A stretch of DNA of 64,000 bases, taken from positions 46,624,001 to 46,688,000 of the forward strand of contig OZ024744.1 of assembly GCA_964016885.1 (NCBI GenBank). Direction: 5' to 3'. Below the pieces are notes generated by a model. That model searched no databases. It saw only the letters and a list, made by a program, of their open reading frames with translations, and was not told the DNA's origin. The DNA is from Eledone cirrhosa (lineage: Eukaryota). The position numbers and the translations under genes are program-made. Position 1 is the first letter of the stretch. Each line of letters starts with the position of its first letter. Positions 54,145-64,000 of the stretch are shown here, piece by piece.

Positions 54145-57100
54145 TCATCATCATCATCATCAACGTTTAACGTCCGTGTTCCACGCTTGCATGGGTTTGG
54201 ACGGGGGTAGTCCCACTTGAGGCAAGAGTGATTGTCTTGCTCGCATAGGACTGTCTGGCAGGTTTTCTACAGTTGGATGCCCTTCCTAACACCAACCACA
54301 TTTACAGTGTGGGTCTGGGAGGTTTTTACCGTGTTGCCTACACGGCCACATTACAGCGTGGACTGTGTGTTTTTTTGTCGTGACACCTACACGATCTCAT
54401 TTGTTTCGTCCTCGATGGCGCGGCACCAACATAACTTTACATAGAACGGGGTGGTGTGGTGGGACGGGGTGTATTTTGTTAGAGATGCCTACTGGCTGGA
54501 GTAGGTTTTACTATATATTTAGGTAAGGCGGGTCTTCTCTGTTACTGAGTACCGCCAAAGGTCTCAGTCCAGTGACATTGTCTTGGAGAGGTGTAAGTGT
54601 GTGATGTCGGAGTTTATCAGCTCGTCCCAGGTTTTTCTAGGTCTGCCTATTCCGTGACTACCGTCTATCTTTATTGCCCTGCACTTTGTTATACAGCTAT
54701 CGACTTTCATGCGCATCACGTGTCCATACCAACGTAGCCTTCTCTCGAGTAAACAACATCTGATCCCTCTTATCTCTAATTTTTTCCTTAGTTCGTTTAT
54801 GCTTTGCCGTTCACGTATATTACTGTTACACATCCAGCGGAGCATGCAAGCTTCGTTCCTCTCTAGTCTGCGTATATCCTCTGCACACAATGCCCAGGTC
54901 TCACTGCCATGCAGCATTGCTGTTCGTATGCAGGCATCGTACAACCTGCCTTTCATTTTTAGTGAGAACCCTTTAGCAGCTAATAGTGGTATAAGCTCTC
55001 TGAACTTTTTCCAACCAGTTCTGACTCTAGCTACAGTACTTTCAGAGCACCCTCCCCCACTGCTGGTTTTATCGCCCAGGTAACGGAAGCTGTCCACTAT
55101 TTCTATAGAACCCTCTGCGCAATTGAAAGAGCTAGTATTTTGTGGGCACTTGCTGCTACTTATTGCACCAGAGCACCGGCCACATGTAAAATCTATGTTC
55201 TTAGTTAGCTTACCTGTGATCCCACTACATCTTTTATGCACCCATACTTTGCATTTAGGACATAAAATGGAGTTTCTACCTACGCCTTTCCTACACACCG
55301 AGCACGACCATTTCCCAGAAGGGACCGCCGCCTTGTTTTCTTTCCTACAAACTAGTACTTTGGTCTTAGCCAGGTTAATTTTAAGTCCTTTTGACTCTAG
55401 GCCGTGCTTCCATGTTTGGAATTTCTTCTCTAGCTCGGCCATTGATTCCGCTATGAGTGTCAGGTCGTCTGCGTATAGGAGTTCCCATGGGCAGCCTGTC
55501 TTGAACTCCTCTGTTATAGCCTGAAGGGCAATAATAAATAGTAGTGGGCTGAGAACAGAGCCCTGATGGACGCCAACTTTTACGCTAAACTCTTCACTAT
55601 ATTCGTTGTTAATTCTAACCTTGCTGACTGTTTCTTTATACATGGCTTGTATAGCCCTCACAAGCCATTCGTCAACGCCTAGTTTTCTAAGAGCCCACCA
55701 GATAATGGAGCGGGGGACTCTGTCGAAGGCTTTCTCCAAGTCGACAAAAGCTAAGTAGAGGGGTTTACCTTTAGCTAGGTACTTCTCCTGTAGTTGTCGT
55801 ACTATGAAAAGAGCGTCTGTGGTACTTTTGCCTGACACAAACCCGAACTGCATTTCATCTAGGTCAATTCTCTCTCTGATTAGTTGCGCTATTACTTTTT
55901 CCGTGACCTTCATGACCTGGTCGATTAATTTAATGCCTCTATAGTTACTCCTATCTAGGGCGTCTCCTTTACCCTTATAACAGTTAACGATGATGCTGCT
56001 ATGCCAGTCCTTCGGAACAACCCCATTCTGTACGACTTGGTTAACTATGCGGGTGACCATGGTGTGTCCCACCGTGCCAGATGCCTTCAGCATCTCAGCA
56101 ACTATTTCCGAAGGCCCAGCCGCCTTACCCGTCTTCATATCCTTGATTGCCTTACTTATTATACTCCCCTCGACTAACACTGCTGGTCCCTCTATTGGGT
56201 CGATATGGGGGAGACTGTCTTTCTCCCATTTATTCTCCTCATTTAGTAGCCTTTCATAGTGACACTTCCAAGCTACCTTCTTATCAGCGTCGGTGATGGC
56301 AAGTGTGCCATCGTCGTTTAGTACACACTTCTCCCCGACAATATCACGGTTTTCCTTGACGCATTGCCTAGCAATCCTGAACACCTCACGTTTTTGGTCA
56401 TCGCGTTGTAGAACATGCTTGAACTTTCTTTCCTCAGCTTCCCTTCTTGCTAAGTACCCTTGTCTCCTAGCTTCCCTCCTGGCCACTTGATAGTCCTCTC
56501 TACTTCCCCCATCCCGCCATACTTTCCAAGCCTGCTTTTTGGCCTTAATTGACCCCTCCACCTTACTGTTCCACCACCATGTTACTCTCCTCCTGCCTAC
56601 AGGCCTGCTCCAGCCACAGACTTCGTCTGTCGCCAATAGCAGGTTTGCTTTCAGAAATTCCCACTCTCCCTCTATATTGTCCGACTCTAAATGTTCTTCC
56701 TTACTGTCGAAAGCATCAAGTAATATGCTTTGAAATTTATTCCTGACTGTGGGGTCCTTTAGCTTCCATATTTTTCTCCTGAGGATAGTCCTCTTCTGCT
56801 GTCGAGTACGTCTCGTCCTGACTATGAGGTCGCTAATTATCAGTCTATGTTGGGAGGTGCATTCTTCATGGGGGAGGGATTTAGTGTTTACAACAGACAC
56901 TCTGTCACGTCTTCTGGTAAGGATATAATCTACCTGGCTTGTGTGTTCCCCGGATCTATAGGTGATCAGGTGATTGTCACGTTTTTTGAAGTTAGTGTTA
57001 CAGATAGTTAGGTTATTTGCATCACAGAATTCCAGGATTCTGGAGCCTTCCTCATTTCTAGTACCAAACCCATAGCCTCCATGGATTTCATCGTAGCCGT

Positions 57101-57750
57101 CACAATGTTGTGCAACGTGACCATTTAGGTCGCCTGCGATAATTATATAGTCACTGTCGGATATTTGGGAGGTAGTTAGCATCAGTGTCTCATAGAATCT
57201 GTCTTTTATAGTGCCGGATTGGGGTGCGTACGCAGATATTACTGTCACCGTAGTTCTATTGAGGACAAGTCGTATTTTAATTATTCTGTCGTTCACTCTA
57301 TTTACGTCTATTATCTTATCTGCCCACTTTTCTGCTACCATGATTCCTACTCCACCCAGCCCATCGTCGTTTCCCACCCAGAAAAGCTTATAACATCGTT
57401 TTTTACCCTCAATGAACCTAGCAGACCCACCCCTCCAGCTGGTCTCTTGAATACAACAAACATCGACCTCCTTACGTTCAAGCATTTCTACAACCTCGTT
57501 AGCGCGACCCTTTAGGGTGCCTACATTTATGGTACCAACTCTGAAGTTTTGGATTGCGTTTGGGGGTTGGGGGCGGTGGGGGGCGGGGGGCGATGGGGTT
57601 ATGTTAGCCGTCCGCGGTCGAAACAATGAGGAGTGCTCGCATTCTCGTCCAAGAGGTGAATTTGTCTTTATCTTTGGCATTGTCGCTGAGCGTCCAGATT
57701 TTTCTCTCTCTCACCTCCACTCTCCAGGATTCCGCAGTCCATCCATCCAT
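54145..57750 (-). mobile_element. Nearly intact RTE-clade LINE
   Basis: Long ORF, about 375-nt 3' UTR and (ATG)n tail. Confidence 0.95.
54564..57680 (-). CDS. RTE ORF: APE endonuclease + reverse transcriptase + PHD-like zinc finger
   Basis: 1038 aa: GTINVGTL, CIQET, SAYAPQ, GDLNGH, FVDLEKAFD, GVHQGSVLSP, LYADD, C4HC3 finger, LRWYGH. A TGA removes about 15 C-terminal residues relative to the 44700 copy. Confidence 0.92.
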   Translation of the reverse strand: MPKIKTNSPLGRECEHSSLFRPRTANITPSPPAPHRPQPPNAIQNFRVGTINVGTLKGRANEVVEMLERKEVDVCCIQETSWRGGSARFIEGKKRCYKLFWVGNDDGLGGVGIMVAEKWADKIIDVNRVNDRIIKIRLVLNRTTVTVISAYAPQSGTIKDRFYETLMLTTSQISDSDYIIIAGDLNGHVAQHCDGYDEIHGGYGFGTRNEEGSRILEFCDANNLTICNTNFKKRDNHLITYRSGEHTSQVDYILTRRRDRVSVVNTKSLPHEECTSQHRLIISDLIVRTRRTRQQKRTILRRKIWKLKDPTVRNKFQSILLDAFDSKEEHLESDNIEGEWEFLKANLLLATDEVCGWSRPVGRRRVTWWWNSKVEGSIKAKKQAWKVWRDGGSREDYQVARREARRQGYLARREAEERKFKHVLQRDDQKREVFRIARQCVKENRDIVGEKCVLNDDGTLAITDADKKVAWKCHYERLLNEENKWEKDSLPHIDPIEGPAVLVEGSIISKAIKDMKTGKAAGPSEIVAEMLKASGTVGHTMVTRIVNQVVQNGVVPKDWHSSIIVNCYKGKGDALDRSNYRGIKLIDQVMKVTEKVIAQLIRERIDLDEMQFGFVSGKSTTDALFIVRQLQEKYLAKGKPLYLAFVDLEKAFDRVPRSIIWWALRKLGVDEWLVRAIQAMYKETVSKVRINNEYSEEFSVKVGVHQGSVLSPLLFIIALQAITEEFKTGCPWELLYADDLTLIAESMAELEKKFQTWKHGLESKGLKINLAKTKVLVCRKENKAAVPSGKWSCSVCRKGVGRNSILCPKCKVWVHKRCSGITGKLTKNIDFTCGRCSGAISSSKCPQNTSSFNCAEGSIEIVDSFRYLGDKTSSGGGCSESTVARVRTGWKKFRELIPLLAAKGFSLKMKGRLYDACIRTAMLHGSETWALCAEDIRRLERNEACMLRWMCNSNIRERQSINELRKKLEIRGIRCCLLERRLRWYGHVMRMKVDSCITKCRAIKIDGSHGIGRPRKTWDELINSDITHLHLSKTMSLD

Positions 57751-58192
57751 GTATATATATATATATAAATACCGTATATACATATATATATATATGTGTG
57801 TGTGTAGCGAAATATGTCCACAGTTTCACCCCTGGGTCACATTTAATGGTCATTTTCTGGGTCATCTCCAGCCCTTTGTTCTCAAGCCTTGGAGACAGAG
57901 AACATAACATAGATAACTAGCCTGCCTTAGATCAGACCAAGCAGTTTGGAGCATTTCTTGATAAAGTAAACATGTAAACTATTGCTTTCCACAGACCCCT
58001 TTGGTCTCATTGACTCTTACTCTCTCTCTTTCACCCAATCTCTCTCTCTTGGTCTCTCTCTCAACCCAGCCAGTGAAGTTCATGAAGTTTTCTTGATAAA
58101 TAAAACTTCAACTCTACTTTTACAAACAAATAATGTACATAATTCCTGTGTATTTTTCATATAGCATTGGCGTAAGCTATTTTCAATAAATT

Positions 58193-58414
58193 AATAATTG
58201 TTTCTTATATAGGCACAAGGCCAGCAATTTGGGAGTAGGGGAAAGTCGATTAGATCGACCCCACTGCGAGACTGGTACTTTATTTTACCGACCCCGTAAG
58301 GATGAAAGGCAAAGTTAACCTCGGCTGGATTTGAACTCAGATCATAAAGGGCCGGAACTCTATGCTGCAAAGCATGGTGTCCGAACCTCTACCGATACTG
58401 CCAATCCACCACCC
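58193..58414 (-). mobile_element. tRNA-derived SINE, full length
   Basis: Same family as 47599. Confidence 0.82.
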
Positions 58415-58723
58415 TTTTCAATAAATTAATAATACAGCAGTTTTGTATTATTATGGTTCATTTCTATATATTGATTTTCTGTATGATCAAGGAACTATCA
58501 TATCATCATCATCTTAATGAACACTTACTCACTTACCTGAACTCATGCAACCTGTGGTCACACTATCACACAACAGTGACCACACCACACAGCAACAAAT
58601 GAACCAACACTATAACACAATCAACTACCAACACAACCCTCAAATTATTGCTATATATGTACACAGGCACACAGGATGGCTGCCCCTCGTTATCGAGTAT
58701 GGCCATTGCACGAAAAAAAATAT

Positions 58724-59119
58724 ATAATTGTTTCTACTTTTGGCACAAGGCCAGCAATTACGCACTACATTACTGGTACTTTATTTTATCGACCCCATAA
58801 GGATGAAAGGCAAAGTTAACCTCAGCGGGATTTGAACTCAGATCATAAAGGGCCGTAACTCTTTGCTGCAAAGCATGGCGTCCAACCCTCTACCGATACT
58901 GCCAATCCACCGCCTTAATAATAATAATAATAATTGTTTCTACTTTAGGCACAAGACCAGCAATTACCCAGTACATTACTGGTACTTTATTTTATCCACC
59001 CCGTAAAGATGAAAGGCAAAGGTAACCTCGGCGGGATTTGAACTCAGAGTGTAAAGGGACGTAACTATGCTAGAAAGCATGGCGTCCAACCCTCTACCGG
59101 TACTGCCAATTCACCACCC
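58724..59119 (-). mobile_element. Head-to-tail SINE dimer separated by (AAT)n
   Basis: Two units, about 58724-58914 and 58930-59119. Confidence 0.82.
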
Positions 59120-59120
59120 T

Positions 59121-59151
<31 letters not shown>

Positions 59152-59250
59152 TATATATATATATGCAGAGGTTATATTTAATTTGTTGGGAATCAACAAG
59201 CTTAAACATTTTATAACTGATATAAAGCACTCAACAATTTAGCGGAGTAA

Positions 59251-59585
59251 ATACACAATATATTAATAAATGGAAACTATATTTATAAAACCATATTTAT
59301 TTTATTATACATATTTCAAGGGCAACCAAGGCAAATTATGGTGCGCTTTCATCAGATAAAAATACAGATTTGTTTTATAAATAAATATTGACATACCCGG
59401 TAAAAAGACAACCTTAACGCTCCAACCGTTTTTTTTCCAGGTATGTCAATATTTATTTATGAAACAAATCTGTATTTTATCTGATGAAAGTGCACCATAA
59501 TTTGCCTTGGTTGCCCTTGAAATATGTATAATAAAATAAATATGGTTTTATAAATATAGTTTCCATTTATTAATATATTGTATAT
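59251..59585. repeat. Fold-back inverted repeat (about 150-bp arms), HHR in each arm
   Basis: 59251-59400 is the reverse complement of 59437-59585. Confidence 0.92.
59473..59538 (+). ncRNA. Type I hammerhead ribozyme motif (AUA triplet); mirror copy 59298-59364 (minus)
   Basis: TATTTTAT CTGATGA AAGTGCACCA..TGGTTGCCCTT GAA AT-atgt-AT A ATAAAATA: 8-bp stem I. Confidence 0.8.
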
Positions 59586-59652
59586 ATATATATATATTTA
59601 TACTCACACACACACATACACATACACACAAACATACATATACACACAACAA

Positions 59653-61990
59653 TTAATGGTGTGGCGATCGAATGTGGCTTTTTAGCCCAGCCAATGATCT
59701 AAAATGTCTTGCACAGAGTTGGCAACCAAAACATTCACTGAGAATAGCCGGCTGTGGTTGGAGTTCATGTACTTTTGCATGTCGTTTGAGCTCTCCTGCT
59801 GATTTACATTCTCTACCACATGTTTGGCAGGTATGATGAATAGCATTTTCAACAGCAGCCTGGTAGTCAACCACTGGTCTCATTTTATGACTGCGAAGAT
59901 GACTTTCGAGTCCAGCTTTGCTGAGGCAGAGTCTCGCACAGACGCTGCATTTCAGCGCCATAGGAGGGCCCTCGCCGTCTGGAAAGGCAAAAGTAATGCC
60001 CTTGCTCTCATCCCTTTTTACTTTCTCGTATACGATTCGAGATGCTCCAAAATCATCTTTCCCCTCATGTACAGTCTTTCTCCATTTATTACAATCAGCA
60101 GCTATGCTTTTCCATGTATCAGCAGAGATGTTAGCGTCTTTCAAAGAGGCTTTCAACGAATCATTATACCTCTTTTTTGGTTTATGTGGAGGTCGTTTTC
60201 CTTTAACTAACTCTCCATAAAAGAGTTGTTTCAGTATTCTAGAATCCTTCATCTTTGCTGTATCGATTGACAGTGCTTCCCAGATAGACAAACTGATCAA
60301 CTACTCCAAGTCGTTTACCATACTTATTTGGTTCACTGTACTGCTTACCAGGGGCAGGTTAGTACATGACGATGGTTTTCTTGAGACTGACAGTCAATCC
60401 TAGGGCAGTGCAAGCATCAGAAAATGCATTCAAAATGTGCTGCATTTCAATCTCTGTGCGGGCTACATGATCGCAATCATCTGCATACAACAGGTCTCTT
60501 ATGATTGATGTAAATACTTTTGTTTTTGCAGCAAAGCACCTGATGTTAAATATGCTGCCAGAGGTTTGATAGATCTAAACACCATGCTCACAATTCTTGA
60601 ATGCAATATAGAAAACCATTGCAAAGTATATGGCAAACAGGGTCGGAGCTGGAATATCCCCCTGTTTCACTCTATTTTTTACTGAGATAGGCTCTGACAT
60701 GTTACCTCTAACATTAACCCAAGTCTTCATGTTGTCATGGAAAGACCTGACCAAAGCAAGGAACTTATCAAGGCAACCAAGTTTCTGGAGAACCTTCCAC
60801 AATGCATCCTGTTAACAGTATCAAAAGATTTTTGTCAGATCAACAAAAACCTGATACAGATCCAAACCTTTTTCCATGCACTTCTGGAGCTGTCTAGCTG
60901 AGAAGATCATATCAGTAGTGCTGTGCCCAGCACAAAATCCAGATTGACTTTCAGGAACAACACAATCTGCAATGTTTGTCAGCAGACGGTCCAGAAGCAT
61001 CCTACATAAAAATTTTTCCTACAACAGAAAGCAATGATATACCCCCCATAGTTTCCACAATCATTCTTGTTAGCCTTTCCCTTGTACAAGACAACCATTA
61101 CTGCATCTCTCCAGTCCTCAGGTACGGATTCACTAGCCCATATTCTGTCAAACAAAGGGTGAAGAAGTCACAGAAGTCTCTCACCACCATATAGTAAGAG
61201 CTCTGCATGTATGCCATCTATACCTGGAGACCTTCCACTGTTCAGCCTCGAGATAGCTACTGCAACCTATACAAGCATCAGTGGTTCTACGAGAGCTACT
61301 TTCACAGGTTTTCAAGAATGAGATTGAGGAAATCTTCCAAAAGATGCCATTCTTTAGATGCAGGATGCATCAATGTGGTCTTAAATTTGTTCTTTTCTGG
61401 AACATGGTGATGGTAACACAGATCCAGCTCCTCACATACCTGCAGCAGGAGCATACCATTGGTGTTACACTTTCCCACCCCATGCCTTCTGATCACATTC
61501 CATCTGTTAAAATCCCTACCCACTCTAGCATTAAAGTCACCAAGCACGATGACCTTATCTGCCTGAGGGATATTTCTTAAAACCTTTCATGGTAGAAAGA
61601 CACTTTTTTTCATCAATAGAATTTATAGTTGGAGCATACACACTCACCAGGGTCGCATATCTTCCTTTGTCCAGCGGAATCCTCATGGACATAAGACACT
61701 CACTAATCCCAATGGGAATTCTTCCAATTTATCCACAAGAGCCATCTTACAGCAAATGCTACCCCAGCCTCTTTTCTGGTTCCTTCATCTCTTCCTTTCC
61801 AGAAGAATGTATATTTTCTACAAATTCTGTAAGAGGTCCATCTCCAGCTAACCTCGTCTTGGATAAAGCCACGATGTGAAGATCGTAACAATGAAGCTCC
61901 TTTGCAACAAGAGCAGTCCTTTGTTCAGGACGTTCGGAGGAATCCCTGTCAAGCATTGTCCGTATGTTCCAACAGCCAATATTAAATGCT
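59653..61990 (-). mobile_element. Degenerate RTE (BovB-like) LINE with internal deletions; 3' tail displaced to 58673-58711
   Basis: APE start (NIGCWNIRTMLDR), RT remnants and three C-terminal C2H2 fingers. Homologous to 23247-26105. Confidence 0.88.
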
Positions 61991-62085
61991 TTGTTTGTTT
62001 TATATATATAGCACATATGTATGCATATGTACATACGCACTCACATATATATAAATGTCTACACACACACACATATATGTATATA

Positions 62086-64000
62086 TATAGTGAAGTCATA
62101 CATCCTATTATGTGTTCAATTCTCAGCTAGGGAGGTACATTGTGTCCTTAAGCAAGACACATCATTCCACATGTCTCTAATCTCCACAGCTGAAAAAGAC
62201 AAGTAACAGAATTAGTTGGATGTTTAGCATGGGTTGGATCTCTGCCTCCAACCTGTTGACTGCGGCCACAAACCCAGGCTTCACTGCCTGTAATAGAGAG
62301 AAGAGGAAGATAGGGAGGGGCTGAGTCACAGCTCAGACAGGAGTATAGTGTCTGTCCCTCACCCATTAGGTGGATTACCAGAATGAGTTGAGGGTCGGAT
62401 GCCATGCTTTGCAGCATAGAGTCACGCCCCTTTACGGTTTGAGTTCAAATCCTGCCCAGGTTAACTTTGTCTTTCATCCTTATGGGGTCGATAAAATAAA
62501 GTACCAGTAATGCACTGGGATAATGCTGGCCTTGTGCCAAAAATAGAAACAATTATTTCAGTTGCTTCATTCATTTTCATTTTTCGTTCTTTACATTTTT
62601 AGTTTATTACCTTTAATAATGTGTTTTGTTTTAATATGAACAGTTTTGTAACATTAATAATGTTATTTATACAAATCTGAATAAAGAACTAACATATACA
62701 TTAAAGGTGTGAAGTAATATAACTGAAGTTGTTTCTGAATGTATTAAATTATGTAGGGGACTTTTAAGTGATGACACCGGTGTCAACTAGACAGTGAAAT
62801 ATTACCATTTGTATCAGCTCCATTGTTACAACTTAAACCTCATCTAATTTTATATTTTATGGTTATTATTTCCTATTAAGGTGAACGTTAATGTTTGTAA
62901 ATAACATAAGGTGACTTATTTACCTTATAGTTGTTGTTTTATCACCTGTATTATTAAATATTGAAGTGGTTGTTCAACATTAGACAGGACAGGAAAATAT
63001 TATTTTAATCAGAAATCAGTGAACATTTAGTTTTTACTAACTTTTCTTGACTTTATATTTGGTCTTGAAAACTAAAGTACGTATTATTTCGTTTTCCACC
63101 ACAACCCAAACATTGTGAACTTTTCTATCTGAAGTGAAATATCTTGATTTATTACAACACCTACACATTTTTACACACACACACGTCTATTTATTTCTCT
63201 CTCTCATACCTACACACTATGTCTGTATATATATATTAACCTTCATCTTTTGAAATTATGGATATTAATTCTCTTGTCACCTGAAATGTCCTAAATGACA
63301 AGAACCTTAACTATAGAAGCCTTATTCGTCTGTTTTATGAGCTGAGGATTTTATTGTGAATAGAGCTTCTCTCACTTTAACAAAAATTAAAAAAATACAC
63401 ACACACATATATATATATATATTAGCACTTGCTTTTTCTTATTCCAAGATTAGTCTTACGCTTTCATACATCTTATTACTTTACCAACTGAATGCTACAT
63501 TTCTTAATATATGAGTGGAAGTGGTGAGATTCCTTTATGAAATATCTCTGAATATAGCTGTGAGATTTGCAGGAAAACTTTCTCTTCAAAACTGAAACTC
63601 TCCTCACACGAGAAAATACACAGTAGAGAAAAACCCTTCCACTGAAATATGTGGGAAATCTTTTACTGATAATTCTAATCTTGTCGTCCACATACGGAGT
63701 CACACTGGTGAAAAAACCTTCCATTGTGAAATATGTGGGAAATCTTTTTCACTGAGTTATCATCTTGTACGTCACAAAAGAACACACACTGGTGAAGAAC
63801 CTTATTCATGTGAAATATGTGGGAAATCTTTCACTGAGAATTCGTCACTGGTTGTTCACCTACGTAGTCAACACTTGCGGTAAACCGTGAAATGTGAAAT
63901 AGACAAATATATAGACACACTTTGGAAGGCAGAATATAAAATGTGAAGCTTGAGAAATTTTATACATCTCAACATATATGTTGTATGTGTGTGTGTATAT
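62086..64000 (+). repeat. Second, deleted copy of the ZNF duplication unit
   Basis: Colinear with 47121-50965 but lacking several segments. Includes a SINE at about 62368-62556. Confidence 0.9.
63543..63883 (+). pseudogene. C2H2 ZNF pseudogene (4 fingers), paralog of 49762-50856
   Basis: ATG replaced by ATC and a 2-nt deletion in finger 2 (about 63641). First and last fingers match those of the intact gene. Confidence 0.85.

Noticed and set aside
57681-57750. HDV-like ribozyme expected at some RTE 5' ends
   Set aside because: I could not fold a nested double pseudoknot, and the 5' UTR looks short or truncated.
54709-57768. Plus-strand ORFs overlapping the RTE, and similar antisense ORFs over other LINEs and PLEs
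   Set aside because: They are shadow frames of the real coding strand with no recognisable motifs.

Overview
AT-rich animal genomic DNA, most likely a coleoid cephalopod (Octopus-like). This is inferred from the (TA)n-saturated background, the CEICGKSF-type C2H2 array and the SINE/RTE families; it is not proven. The only clear host gene is a 13-finger C2H2 zinc-finger ORF (49762-50856). A pseudogenised tandem paralog lies about 14-15 kb downstream. The rest is nested retroelements sitting in (TA)n tracts: CR1-like and RTE LINEs (one RTE nearly intact), tRNA-type SINEs, a probable non-autonomous Helitron, and many Penelope-like elements (PLEs: Naiad-like, Neptune-like and one unassigned). The strongest hidden signal is about 25 type I hammerhead ribozyme (HHR) motifs read by eye. 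They fall into roughly a dozen distinct repeat families. Many have non-canonical cores (C4, U3:A8, mismatched 10.1/11.1), long or branched stem II with compensatory changes, and palindromic stem III. Several sit in ORF-less, fixed-unit-length (about 525 and 658 nt) retrozyme-like elements or in fold-back palindromes with arms of 14 bp to 2.4 kb. All structures were folded by eye; none has been tested computationally or experimentally.
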